From Pseudomonadota bacterium (GTDB lineage: Bacteria > Pseudomonadota > Alphaproteobacteria > Rhodobacterales > Rhodobacteraceae), in contig JBCCYI010000001.1 in NCBI GenBank assembly GCA_039189975.1, positions 1 through 57,056 of the forward strand: a DNA stretch of 57,056 bases, written 5' to 3'. Under the pieces are notes generated by a model. The model did not search any database. It saw only the letters and a list, made by a program, of their open reading frames with translations, and was not told the DNA's origin. The translations under genes and the position numbers were made by a program. Below, piece after piece: positions 28,521 through 38,415 of this stretch (the first letter of the stretch is position 1; each line of letters starts with the position of its first letter).

Positions 28521-29219
28521 TCACGTCGGCAGGCGCGGCGAGTCCCACCGTGCCTCCAGTTTCTCGATCGCAGCAATGCGATCCGCAGTCTTTGGGTGGC
28601 TCATCAGCCAGGCGGGCATGCCCCCGCCTGCCAACCCGGTGAGCGCTTCGAGCTTCGCAAAGAGGCTCTTTTGCGGTGCAACACCAATGCCCGCTTTCAC
28701 AAGCAAGGCGGCGGCATAGGCGTCGGCTTCGTATTCGTCCTGCCGGGAGAGACGAGCGACCAGGAGCGAGGTCAGCGCGCCTGCGATCCAGACGCCGATC
28801 CCCGGTACAATTCGGTTGAGCAGGGAGGCGAGGACCATTCGGATGGCGTTCTGTCCGGAAAAGTCGATCATCCGCCGGCGCGAGTGTCCTAGAGCGACGT
28901 GACCAAGCTCATGGGCGATGACGCTAGCGATCTCCTCGGCCGTCACCTCGCCCGAGCGATAGCGCTCGTAAAAGCCGCGGGTGATGAAAATCCGGCCGTC
29001 GGGGGCAGCCAGGCCATTCACGGGCGCGACCTCGTAGATGTGCACCTTAATGCGCTCCAGATCGAGCGCCTGGGCCATCCTGTCCATCAGCTTCTTCAGC
29101 CGCAGGTCCGCGAGCTCCTTCGAGCGCGCATCGAGCTCCCGCGATGTGCGCCAGGCGGAGAAGCGGTACATCGCGAGCCCGTACAGAATGACAAGCAGGA
29201 ACGGCAGGAACTTTATCAT
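28521..29219 (-). CDS. M48 family metallopeptidase
   Basis: AHELGH, SRQDEYEAD, SHPKTADRI. Confidence 0.92.
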   Translation of the reverse strand: MIKFLPFLLVILYGLAMYRFSAWRTSRELDARSKELADLRLKKLMDRMAQALDLERIKVHIYEVAPVNGLAAPDGRIFITRGFYERYRSGEVTAEEIASVIAHELGHVALGHSRRRMIDFSGQNAIRMVLASLLNRIVPGIGVWIAGALTSLLVARLSRQDEYEADAYAAALLVKAGIGVAPQKSLFAKLEALTGLAGGGMPAWLMSHPKTADRIAAIEKLEARWDSPRLPT

Positions 29220-29394
29220 AGAAGGGTATATGGGCGCTGCGCCTTATCGCGGCAACTCTCCGGCAAAGCATCTGCCGTCAAAAGCCCCGACGCGGCTGGT
29301 GCAAACCCGAAAGTGCTGCGTGGCGCGAATCCTGAGCCTGGGACGAGCGGTGCGGCCGCCCGTCGCTCAGGTCTCAGGAAAAAGGCCAAACGCG

Positions 29395-30576
29395 TCAGGT
29401 CAACAGACGCATGCCGCGGTCGATCCCCTCCAGCGTCATAGGCACCATGCGCTCCTCGAAGATCTGGCCGATCAGACCGATCGACTGCGTGTAGCCCCAA
29501 TGCCGCTCCGGCACCGGGTTCAGCCAGAGCGTCTTCGGCCATTGCGCGCGGGCGCGGCGCAGCCAGACTTCGCCCGCCTCCTGATTGTAGTGCTCGTTCG
29601 CACCGCCGGGGTAGAGCACCTCGTAGGGGCTCATCGACGCGTCGCCCACGAAGATGCAGGTCCAATCCGCGCCGTAAGTGTTGAGCACTTCCCACGTCGG
29701 GGTCTGGGCCCCCCAGCGCCGGGCATTGTCCCGCCACACGCCTTCGTAGAGGCAATTGTGGAAATAGAAATGCTCCAGATTCTTGAACTCGGCACGCGCG
29801 GCGGAAAAGAGCTCCTCGACGCCGCGCACATGGTCGTCCATCGACCCGCCCACATCGAGAAACAGCAGGACCTTCACGGCATTGCGCCGCTCCGGACGGG
29901 TCTGGACGTCGAGATAGCCGTGGTCGGCGGTGGCGCGGATCGTCCCGTCGAGGTCGAGCTCCTCATGCGCCCCATCCCGCGCCCAGCGACGCAGGCGCTT
30001 GAGCGCGACCTTGATGTTGCGCGTGCCCAGCTCGACCTGATCGTCGAAGTCCCGAAACTCGCGCTTGTCCCAAACCTTGACCGCCCGCCTGTGACGGCTC
30101 TCCGCCTGACCGATGCGAATGCCCTCGGGGTTGTAGCCATAGGCGCCGAAGGGCGAGGTGCCGGCCGTGCCGATCCACTTGTTGCCGCCCTGATGACGGC
30201 CCTCCTGTTCCTTGAGGCGCTCGCGCAGCGTCTCCATGAGCTTGTCAAAGCCCCCAAAGCTCTCGATCTCGGCCATTTCCTCGGGGGAGAGGAGCTTCTC
30301 GGCCTGTTTGCGCAGCCAGTCCTCGGGGAGGGCCATTGCCTCCAGCACCGCTTCGGTCGGGATTGATTCGAGCCCTTTGAACGCCTCGCCAAAGGCGCGG
30401 TCGAACCGGTCCATGTGGCGCTCGTCCTTCACCATCGCGGTGCGGGCGAGGTAGTAGAAGCCCTCGATGTCGTAGGTCGCCAAGCCAGCGGCCATCCCAT
30501 CGAGAAAGCTTAGGTATTCCCGCAAGCTGACGGGGACGCCCCCGCGGCGCAACGCATCAAAGAACGGTAAGAACAT
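29395..30576 (-). CDS. vWA domain protein (CoxE-like, usual MoxR partner)
   Basis: DVGGSMD MIDAS motif, FHNC, GDASMSPYE, WLNP. Confidence 0.9.
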   Translation of the reverse strand: MFLPFFDALRRGGVPVSLREYLSFLDGMAAGLATYDIEGFYYLARTAMVKDERHMDRFDRAFGEAFKGLESIPTEAVLEAMALPEDWLRKQAEKLLSPEEMAEIESFGGFDKLMETLRERLKEQEGRHQGGNKWIGTAGTSPFGAYGYNPEGIRIGQAESRHRRAVKVWDKREFRDFDDQVELGTRNIKVALKRLRRWARDGAHEELDLDGTIRATADHGYLDVQTRPERRNAVKVLLFLDVGGSMDDHVRGVEELFSAARAEFKNLEHFYFHNCLYEGVWRDNARRWGAQTPTWEVLNTYGADWTCIFVGDASMSPYEVLYPGGANEHYNQEAGEVWLRRARAQWPKTLWLNPVPERHWGYTQSIGLIGQIFEERMVPMTLEGIDRGMRLLT

Positions 30577-30608
30577 CGGGCTACCCTCCGCTGGAGAGGG
30601 TAGCCCGA
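30576..30608. promoter_or_regulatory. 13-bp hairpin overlapping the RBS of the vWA gene
   Basis: TCGGGCTACCCTC-N7-GAGGGTAGCCCGA. On the minus strand the 3' arm holds most of the GGAGGG RBS and the A of the ATG. Confidence 0.55.
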
Positions 30609-30661
30609 CCCGGGCGCGACGCCAAGGCGCCGCGCCCTCGCCTGCTCGACGATCGCGTGCG

Positions 30662-33600
30662 TTACTCGGCGGCCAGCGCGAGGTGTGGCTGCACGCGCGG
30701 CACCGTGTCTTCGGCGACCTCGGGCAGGGGGGTACGGCGGGCGATCAGGGCGAAGGCCGCCGGTACGAAGTAGAACGACACGACCGTGGAAAACGCCACG
30801 CCCCCGGCGATGGCCACCGCGAAGGGGGGCCAGAAGCCGCCCCCCGCGAGGATCAGCGGCAGAAAGCCCCCAAAGGTCGTGACTGTGGTCGAGATGATGT
30901 GGCGCGACGAGGCGGCCGTGACGCGCGCCATCGCCGTCCGGTCGCCCGAGGCGGCCTCCGGGTCCTGCTGGAGCCCGGTCAGGATGATGATCGCGGCGTT
31001 GATCGACACGCCGATGGAGCCGATCACCCCGATGATCGCGTTGATCCCGAAGGGGAATTGCATGATCGCGAGCGCCAGCATCGACAGCCCTGCCGACAGC
31101 ACCGTCACGACGAGCGCCAGGAAAGTGAGCCGGAAGGAGTTGAAGGTAAGCGCGATCGTTGCAATCGTCAGCGTCACGATCAGACCCACGGAGGCCAGGA
31201 GATTACCTACCGTGGAGGAGCGCGCGTCGCTGTCGCCGCCGAGTTCCAGCCGGTAGCCCGCAGGCAACGCGAAACCCGCCTCGTCCAGCGCTGTTTGCAC
31301 TTGCTGCAGGCCCTCTTCGGGCAAGACGCCCGGCACCAGGAAGGCCTGGACGGTGTTTACCCGCTCGCCATTGCGGCGCACGATGGTTGGATCGGACGGC
31401 TCGAAAACCGGAGTGGCAATCTCCGAAAGCGGCAGGAACGTCATGCCGTTGCCCGCGACGGCGCCCGCAGGCAGCACGGGCATGTCGGCGATGCTCTGCG
31501 CGTCGGCGCGTAGCGTCTCCCCGAGACGCACGCGGATCGGGAGCGTTTCCGTGCCTTCCACGAGCGAACCGCCGGTGACACCTTCGAGCCCCGCCTCCAT
31601 CTGCCGCGCAACGTCCGTGAGCGAGAGACCCAGCCGACGGGCCGCACCTTCGTCGATCTCGTAGGTCAGGCGCGGCGCTCCACCGTTGGTCGTTGTACGT
31701 ACATGGGTTGTGAGGGGCAGATCCGCGACAAGGGCGCGGACGTCGTCCCCAAGCTCTCGCAGCGTCGCAACGTCCTGGCCGACGAAGCGCAGCTCAACAG
31801 GTGCCGCGACGGGCGGGCCTTGGACCAACCCGCGGACAATGATCTGGGCGTTGGGGTAGGCCATGTCGAGCTGGGCCTGAAGCTCAGGGACCAGTTCCGA
31901 CGCGGCCTCCGCATCTGCGGTGGTGACCATGGCCTGCGCGAAACCGGGCTCGCGGGAACGCCCTCCGGTGATGTTGTAGTAGAACGCCGGCCCGGACTGA
32001 CCAATGCTCCACCATGCGCGCTCGATTCGCGTGTCGCCCATGAGGCGCGCGTCGATCTCTGCCGCGACGCGGGCGGTTTCTGCGATGGCGGTCCCTGCTG
32101 GCATGTCGAGCTCGATGTAGAACTGGTCCCGTTCCACGCCGGGAAAGAACTGCGCGGTGAGCGTGGGAAAGGCGGCAAAGCCAAGCACCGGCAAGATCAG
32201 TGCCACGGCAATCGAGCGCACGGGGTTGTGCGTCGACCAATGGAGCGTCGCGGTGAAGGCGCGCGCCAGCGGTCCGGGACGCGGCGTATCCGTCGCTGCC
32301 GGCAAGAACCAGCCCGCGAGCGCAGGCGTGACCGTGAGCGCGATCACCAGCGACCAGGCCAGCATCAGCACCACGGCGATGGCGATCGAGCCGACGAAGT
32401 CCCCCGCCGGACCGGGAAGCAAGATCATCGGAGTAAAGGAAAGTGCGGTTGTGACGGTCGAGGCCAGGAGCGGCGCAGCAAGGCGGCGGACGGCATCTCC
32501 GGTCGCCCGTTCGCGCGGCATCCCGGCGGCGAGACGCTTGCGCACTTCATCTGACATCACGATGGCGGCATCGACCAGCAGACCGAGCGCCACAATCAGG
32601 CCCGTGACCGACATCTGATGGATGGGCAGCCCGATCATGTTCATGGTGGCAAGCGTCGCAAAGCTGACCACCGGCAACACCAGCGCAACGATCAAGGCCG
32701 CCCGCACACCCAGCGTCACAAAAAGCACAGCGACCACCAACGCGACCCCGATGGCCATATTGGTGCCGACCTCGCTCAGGCGGTCCGCCGTGTAGGTCGA
32801 TTGATCGAAGAGCAACGTTTCGGAAATCCCGATCGGCACAACCTCGGCACCTGCCTCCAGTTCGTCGCGCAAGAAGGTCATCCAGCGGTCGATCTGTACG
32901 CCGTCCTGCGCGAGCGCGCCGACGAGAACGGCCGGGGCACCATTGACGAGCGCGAGCTCCTCGCTCGGCGTGCGGGCCCCGCGGGAGATCTCGGCAATGT
33001 CGCCGAGCCGCACGACCGCCCCGTCGCGCCCCTCCGCAAGCGGGATCGCGCGCAGCCGGTCGAGCGAGGCAACTTCGCCTGAGATCCCGATAGAAAGATC
33101 TGTGCCGGTGCCCTGTAGCCGACCCGCCTGCACCTTGCCGTCGGCGCCCGTGATGGCGGCGGATATACGGTCAACCGTCAGGCCAAGTGCAGCGGCTTCG
33201 GCGGACTCGACGGCCACAAGCACCTCTTCTTCGGGGACGCCAAAGAGATCCACCGCCCGCGTGTCAGGTATCCCGCGCAGCCGATCCGCCAGGGCTTCGG
33301 CATGCCGCGCCAGAAGCGGGGCAGTGATCCCGTCGGCCTCCGCACGAATGCCGATCACGGCAGAATAGGCGGAGATCCCTTCGGCGTTGAATTCCGGCGT
33401 GCGGGCGCCGGGCGGAAAGCGTGTGGCGGCCTCAGCCACAGCGTCCCGCGCCTCGGACCAGACCTGCTCAATGGTTGTGTCATCGAGGGTCTCCAGCAGG
33501 TCGATGCTGACGACCGAGATCCCCTGACCGGATACGGAGGAGACGGTATCGACCTCGGCGATCTCACGCATCGCTTCTTCGATCTCAGCCGTCACGAGGG

Positions 33601-33775
33601 CTTCGACGCGGGCGGGATCGGCGCCGGGAAAAGAGGTTGTGACACTTGCAAAGAGATTGGTGATCGTCGGGTCTTCTTGACGCCCAAGCGACAGAAGAGA
33701 AGACGCGCCGGCTGAAATCAGCACCAGCAGGATCAGCGCGACCAGGCGTGGCTGGCGGAAGGTGAGCGTTTCCAT
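30662..33775 (-). CDS. RND efflux permease (AcrB/AcrD/AcrF family)
   Basis: 1037 aa. RQEDP, FPGADPARVE, LGLLVDAAIV, TTFGGFLPL. Confidence 0.95.
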   Translation of the reverse strand: METLTFRQPRLVALILLVLISAGASSLLSLGRQEDPTITNLFASVTTSFPGADPARVEALVTAEIEEAMREIAEVDTVSSVSGQGISVVSIDLLETLDDTTIEQVWSEARDAVAEAATRFPPGARTPEFNAEGISAYSAVIGIRAEADGITAPLLARHAEALADRLRGIPDTRAVDLFGVPEEEVLVAVESAEAAALGLTVDRISAAITGADGKVQAGRLQGTGTDLSIGISGEVASLDRLRAIPLAEGRDGAVVRLGDIAEISRGARTPSEELALVNGAPAVLVGALAQDGVQIDRWMTFLRDELEAGAEVVPIGISETLLFDQSTYTADRLSEVGTNMAIGVALVVAVLFVTLGVRAALIVALVLPVVSFATLATMNMIGLPIHQMSVTGLIVALGLLVDAAIVMSDEVRKRLAAGMPRERATGDAVRRLAAPLLASTVTTALSFTPMILLPGPAGDFVGSIAIAVVLMLAWSLVIALTVTPALAGWFLPAATDTPRPGPLARAFTATLHWSTHNPVRSIAVALILPVLGFAAFPTLTAQFFPGVERDQFYIELDMPAGTAIAETARVAAEIDARLMGDTRIERAWWSIGQSGPAFYYNITGGRSREPGFAQAMVTTADAEAASELVPELQAQLDMAYPNAQIIVRGLVQGPPVAAPVELRFVGQDVATLRELGDDVRALVADLPLTTHVRTTTNGGAPRLTYEIDEGAARRLGLSLTDVARQMEAGLEGVTGGSLVEGTETLPIRVRLGETLRADAQSIADMPVLPAGAVAGNGMTFLPLSEIATPVFEPSDPTIVRRNGERVNTVQAFLVPGVLPEEGLQQVQTALDEAGFALPAGYRLELGGDSDARSSTVGNLLASVGLIVTLTIATIALTFNSFRLTFLALVVTVLSAGLSMLALAIMQFPFGINAIIGVIGSIGVSINAAIIILTGLQQDPEAASGDRTAMARVTAASSRHIISTTVTTFGGFLPLILAGGGFWPPFAVAIAGGVAFSTVVSFYFVPAAFALIARRTPLPEVAEDTVPRVQPHLALAAE

Positions 33776-33786
33776 CGGTCCTCTCC

Positions 33787-34944
33787 TCAGCTTGCGCCCA
33801 GCGGGCGCACACGTTGCCCAGGAACGATGCGATGCGGGCCGCCCGTGATAAGCGGCAAGCCGTCTGAAAGGCCGCCGCGCACGTAGAGCCTGTCCGCCTC
33901 TGCGTGCAGGATTTCGACCACCGCCGGCCGCACGCGGTCCTCCGCATCCAGGGCGAGCACGGTCCAGACGCCGGGTGCGCCCTCGCGCAATGCCGCCCGG
34001 GGGACCCAGGCCCCTTGCGCCTCGATCGTCTGTGGGACGGCAACGACTGCGATTGCGCCGAAGGGGGCCGTCGTTTCTTCGATCTGGAGCAGCGCCGTGC
34101 GAGTGCGCGTCTCGGGGTCGATGTCCGGGCGCAATGCGGTCAGCGTGCCCGTGTGATCGGTGCCGTCGATGGAGACGGTCCAGCGCGTGCCGGCTGCAGC
34201 CTCCACCCAGCTTGGCAGGCCGACGCGCACCTCCGCGGGTCCTGTCTCCAACAGACGGAAGATCGGCGTGCCCCCTGCGACAGTTGCTCCGGTGTCGACC
34301 ATCCGCGCTGCAATCCGGCCCGCGTAAGGCGCGCGCAGAACGGCTTTTTCGATGCGGACGGTCACCGCTTGCAGCGCCGCGTCTGTTTCAGCGATCCGCG
34401 CAGTCAGGCTGTCCACGCTAGCGCGGGCTTGCTCCAGGGCCTCCTCGGGAGAAAAGCCCCGCGCCTTGAGCTCTACCTGACGGGCAAAACGTCGTTCGGC
34501 GGCGTCGAGATCCGCCTCAAGCGCGGCACGCGCGGCACGGATCCGCCGTTCATCTGTTTCCAAGAGCGCGGTGTCGACGCGCGCCAGCACATCGCCGACC
34601 GCCACAGCCTGACCCTCGTCGACAAGCACTTCGGTGATCTGACCGCCGAGCTCAAACGAAAGGTCTGCGGATTGCCGGGCAGAGACTTCTCCTAGAAACT
34701 GACGCTCCACCGCAAACCCGGCCTCGAGCCGCAGCGGAACAATCTCAACGGGCAAGGGAGGGGCCGCAACCGGCGGCTCCGCCGCAGCGGCACGATCTGC
34801 CAGAAGCGCAGAACCCTGCCAGACTGCAATGCCTGCTCCACCGATCACGAATGCCGTGACGCTGAGTGTGAGCACGAGGCGCACGCCGCGCATCAGGGCG
34901 GAGCGCAGCCGAAAACGAACTGAAGGTCTGTCGGGGGTAGGCAT
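33787..34944 (-). CDS. RND periplasmic adaptor subunit
   Basis: FELGGQITEVLVDEG and LRAPYAGRI lipoyl halves around a coiled coil. Confidence 0.93.
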   Translation of the reverse strand: MPTPDRPSVRFRLRSALMRGVRLVLTLSVTAFVIGGAGIAVWQGSALLADRAAAAEPPVAAPPLPVEIVPLRLEAGFAVERQFLGEVSARQSADLSFELGGQITEVLVDEGQAVAVGDVLARVDTALLETDERRIRAARAALEADLDAAERRFARQVELKARGFSPEEALEQARASVDSLTARIAETDAALQAVTVRIEKAVLRAPYAGRIAARMVDTGATVAGGTPIFRLLETGPAEVRVGLPSWVEAAAGTRWTVSIDGTDHTGTLTALRPDIDPETRTRTALLQIEETTAPFGAIAVVAVPQTIEAQGAWVPRAALREGAPGVWTVLALDAEDRVRPAVVEILHAEADRLYVRGGLSDGLPLITGGPHRIVPGQRVRPLGAS

Positions 34945-34961
34945 TTGCGTCTCCCGTATCC

Positions 34962-34999
34962 ATGTTAGAGTTTCTCACATATGTTAGAGTCTCTAACTT
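34962..34999. promoter_or_regulatory. Two adjacent 19-bp palindromic operators (probable TetR sites)
   Basis: ATGTTAGAG-T-TTCTCACAT and ATGTTAGAG-T-CTCTAACTT between the divergent adaptor and tetR genes. Confidence 0.75.
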
Positions 35000-35024
35000 T
35001 GACAAGGAAAGATTTCGCTGGCAC

Positions 35025-35675
35025 ATGCATGGAATGAACGAAAAAGCCCCCCCATCGGATCACAATGCGACCGAGAAACCGCCGCGGAATGCGTATCACC
35101 ATGGTGATCTACGGGCGGCCTTGATCGAGCACACCCGTCGCCTGGTGGAGGAAAAAGGGCCCGATCACTTTTCTGTGTCTGAGGTGGCGCGCTGTGCGGG
35201 TGTGTCCACCGCGGCGCCGTATCGGCATTTTCGCGACCGTGACGAAATTCTGGCGGAGGTCTGTATCGCCGGCATGCGGCGCCATTATTCGCAGATGATC
35301 AATGCGCTCAAAGACGTGCCCAAAGGGTCGCTTGAGCGGCTCCGTGGCCTGGGACGGGTCTACGTGCAGTTTGCGCAAGAGGAGCCGGGCGTCTTCCGAC
35401 TGATCTTTGGGTCAAAGCAGAAGCCGGATTCCGTCGAAGAGCTTAAGTCCGAAGACATCGACACCTACGGTCTGGTCAAGGCGGAGGTCGCCGAAATCCT
35501 CGGGCTGCCTGCGGAGCATCCTGAGGCCAACCGACGTGCCTTTATGCTGTGGACATTTGTCCACGGGTTGTCGTTCCTGATCATTGACGACAATGTTCGC
35601 TATGCTGGCATTCCGATCGATGTGGAAGCGCTGCTCGACGAACTCGGGCAGCGCGTCATGCGCGATCTGGCTTGA
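35025..35675 (+). CDS. TetR/AcrR family regulator (WHG-type C-terminus)
   Basis: YHHGDLR, VARCAGVSTAAPYRHF, WTFVHGL. Start 35025 or 35034. Confidence 0.92.
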   Translation: MHGMNEKAPPSDHNATEKPPRNAYHHGDLRAALIEHTRRLVEEKGPDHFSVSEVARCAGVSTAAPYRHFRDRDEILAEVCIAGMRRHYSQMINALKDVPKGSLERLRGLGRVYVQFAQEEPGVFRLIFGSKQKPDSVEELKSEDIDTYGLVKAEVAEILGLPAEHPEANRRAFMLWTFVHGLSFLIIDDNVRYAGIPIDVEALLDELGQRVMRDLA

Positions 35676-35696
35676 CGGACAAGGGATCAGGCGGCG

Positions 35697-36131
35697 TCAG
35701 AGGCCGAAGTTGATGTCCGACCGTGATGTCGTTTCAAGCGCATCAAGGCAATCGGGCGCGGAACCGTCGGCTGCGGCGCATTCCGAAACGCTGTTCACCA
35801 GAAGCCGTGAAATGCCGGAGCACGCTGTATCGGCAAGGTCGAACTGGACCACCTTTGTGCGACCATCGGCGAGCGCGCCGAATTGCAGGATCAAGAGACG
35901 CTCGACAAGCCCGTCGGAGTCAAAGACGGCGACTTCATAGGATGCCTCGCTCAGGTCGATCCCCATGCCGTTGGTGGCGACATAGGTCAGCCGACAGGAT
36001 TGTTCGACGTCAGCCGTATTGTTCAACTCCAGGGTGAAAGGGCCGGTGGCCTGCGCGACGGCTTGCGCGCCAAAACTGGACGCCATCGCAGCTGCGGCGA
36101 TAAAGGTGAATGCTTTCATAGGGTTGTTCAT
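35697..36131 (-). CDS. Conserved secreted hypothetical protein
   Basis: Signal peptide, then LELNN...CRLTY...N...FD...G...KVVQFDL...C..ISRLLVN...C, a pattern I recognise from alphaproteobacteria. Confidence 0.75.
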   Translation of the reverse strand: MNNPMKAFTFIAAAAMASSFGAQAVAQATGPFTLELNNTADVEQSCRLTYVATNGMGIDLSEASYEVAVFDSDGLVERLLILQFGALADGRTKVVQFDLADTACSGISRLLVNSVSECAAADGSAPDCLDALETTSRSDINFGL

Positions 36132-36389
36132 GGCAGGCGGGCCCCTCCAGTTTGCCGTCGGCATCGCAACGATGCCTAGCATGCACGGCGTTGCTGGCAA
36201 AGCGTCTCGACGTTCACATGTCTGATCCTGAGTCGGCCCTGTGCCGGATGCGTCACGCTCCGGGTCGTGCGGAATAGACGGCCCGCGCCCACAAAGGGAA
36301 CAGCGCGCTGCTGCTCCATATGGGCAAGCGTGCGTCAGGATGGCAGGTATCTGGCGGCCAGGGGCGTCCGCTGCGGATCGGGCCCGGTG

Positions 36390-36668
36390 TCAGATCCTGT
36401 CCCGCAGCAGAGCGGCCCGTGCGCTCGAAGCTGCTTCGGAGCGCATCCGCTCAACGAGGCGGACATTGCTCGCCTCCCAAGCCTTGAACCGAAGATAGGC
36501 CGCCTGTCGCGCCGCCGGCGTTGGATCTGAAGAGGTGCCAAACCGAGCCTTCACAGCTTCATATTGCGCCGCACAGGTTTGTGCCGTGTCCGGAGACAGG
36601 GGCCGCAATGTCGCGGTGGCATCACATAGATAATAGGCAGAAAGGAGGGCAAGAAAGCCTGCTGTCAT
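36390..36668 (-). CDS. Small hypothetical protein (92 aa, WExSN motif)
   Basis: GGAG RBS. YYLCD...C...YEAVK...AYLRFKAWEASN. Confidence 0.65.
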   Translation of the reverse strand: MTAGFLALLSAYYLCDATATLRPLSPDTAQTCAAQYEAVKARFGTSSDPTPAARQAAYLRFKAWEASNVRLVERMRSEAASSARAALLRDRI

Positions 36669-37020
36669 AGTCCATCTCCGTCGTCTGCGGGAGGCGGCGG
36701 GGACAGTATGCGTCGGGAGAGCATGCCGCGCATCTTCGGCCCTGCCTCCCTTTTCACTGCAGCGATCGTTGTCGCTGCACGGTTAAGATACCATGAGATG
36801 ACCGTTCTGGGGCTTGGCGCATTCCGTCTCAGTGGTGGTGCGCTCCGTCTCAGTGACGGGTTCGCCACACTCGCCGCTCCTGCGAGCGTTGTACCGGGGC
36901 AGTGCCGAAAGGATGGGCGCCGTTCAGATCAGCGAAGCTGATGTTGCGCGCACGCTACTGGCTCGCACCGATGTGCAGGCGCTCAAGCACAGCGATCGGG
37001 TTCTTCGCGCGCGACGTATC

Positions 37021-37305
37021 TCAACTCAGTGCAACGCTTCGGGCTTTTCGTCGGAGCAACGAAACGATGTCGGGGTTGGAAATTTCCCAACGGCGTAGAC
37101 GCTGTCGACCCAAGCGCAGCCGTGCCGCTTGCGCTTCGACCGACAAGTCTGTCCAATCGGCCTGCTCGGTTGCCGATAGAAAGCCGCGCGCGGCGGCGTC
37201 CAGGGCAGGCGCTGCAACCTGGTCTCGCTCGCGCTCTAAAGCGCCCGATGCCGCCGCACTTGCGTGGGCAACGTAGAGTTTGAGAAGCGACGCATACGTG
37301 GGCAT
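37021..37305 (-). CDS. Small hypothetical protein (94 aa), probable paralog of 36390..36668
   Basis: AGGAGG RBS. C-terminal RLRRWEISNPDIVSLLRRKA. Confidence 0.6.
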   Translation of the reverse strand: MPTYASLLKLYVAHASAAASGALERERDQVAAPALDAAARGFLSATEQADWTDLSVEAQAARLRLGRQRLRRWEISNPDIVSLLRRKARSVALS

Positions 37306-37494
37306 CTACGCCTCCTGGCGAAGTGGAACCGTCCGGAAACGGACAAAGCACATTCGTATCCGAGCGAAGCCAGAGCACTGGGTGCGCTTGGGCTGCAGGC
37401 TTAGAGACTCTTGGTGAAGAAAGCGTTGACGCCCGATTTATGTGGTGCGGCTACCACGACGTCGCACAACGCCTTAGTGCACCTGCGCTGGAGG

Positions 37495-37701
37495 TCAGAG
37501 TGCCTGGAGGTCGCTGGCAGACATGCGCCCATCGCGCCCTTCGCGCAGCTCATAGGCGATCTTCATATTGTCGGCCAATCCGGTCATTCCAGCACGCTCC
37601 ACAGCGGAGATGTGCACAAAAATATCCTTGCCTCCATCGTCGGGTGCGATGAAGCCATAGCCTTTAGTGGTATTGAACCATTTCACGGTGCCAGTTGGCA
37701 T
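37495..37701 (-). CDS. cspA: Cold-shock protein (CspA family)
   Basis: GTVKWFN, KGYGFI (RNP1), DIFVHIS (RNP2). Confidence 0.96.
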   Translation of the reverse strand: MPTGTVKWFNTTKGYGFIAPDDGGKDIFVHISAVERAGMTGLADNMKIAYELREGRDGRMSASDLQAL

Positions 37702-37836
37702 GATCCCGTGTCTCCTTTGAACTTCCTGGTGTTCCGTGTTTCCACGGTGCTCAGCGGCCGCTGGTCAATGCCATCTGCGGCCACGTCCAAAAGGTGGCGC
37801 GGCATTGCCAAAAGACAAGACCGCGCGGCCAGGCTC

Positions 37837-38415
37837 CTAGCTTTCCTGTGGCTTGGCGCGCCCGATGCCTAGGAAATAGTCGACTGACAGCGGTCCGCCT
37901 CCTCGCAGCGCAAGAAACAGCAGCAAAAAGATCCAGAATGCGCGCTGATCAACGATCAGCGCATCCGAAGCGGTATCGAACCAGGACCCGACTGTCGCGG
38001 CGTCCGCGTGGTGACCAACGATGTCGGTCGCGCTCTGCACAATGACGAAGCCGATCATCCCGAGCGCGGCGAGGCGCGTGCCAAAACCAATGACGATCAT
38101 CAGCGGCAAGATGAACTCTGCCCAGGTGCCCAGGAGCGCCACAAGCTTCAGGCCGAAGCCGAGCGCGGAGGGATCGTAGCCGACGGCCTCCATTTTGAGA
38201 GGGAACATTTGCACGTAGGTCCCTGCGCCCAGGTTGACGAAGCCAAAGAGACCGTCGCCAAGCTTCGTCACCCCCGAACGCCAGAAGTACATCAAGAGTA
38301 CCCCGGCAAAGACGAGGCGCGCGGCCGTGGGCAGCAGAAGGCTCGAAATCGCGGAATCGATCCATGCGAACACTCTGTCATGGAAGGCGACGATGCGCGT
38401 TAGGGCGGCGGTCAT
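37837..38415 (-). CDS. DoxX family membrane protein (bufferin BufD-like)
   Basis: ARLVFAG, FWRSG, WAEFILP, GTRLAAL, GGGPLSVD. Translationally coupled to the upstream gene. Confidence 0.88.
   Translation of the reverse strand: MTAALTRIVAFHDRVFAWIDSAISSLLLPTAARLVFAGVLLMYFWRSGVTKLGDGLFGFVNLGAGTYVQMFPLKMEAVGYDPSALGFGLKLVALLGTWAEFILPLMIVIGFGTRLAALGMIGFVIVQSATDIVGHHADAATVGSWFDTASDALIVDQRAFWIFLLLFLALRGGGPLSVDYFLGIGRAKPQES

Noticed and set aside
29038-30366. 442-aa plus-strand ORF
   Set aside because: Antisense shadow of the vWA gene, no motifs.
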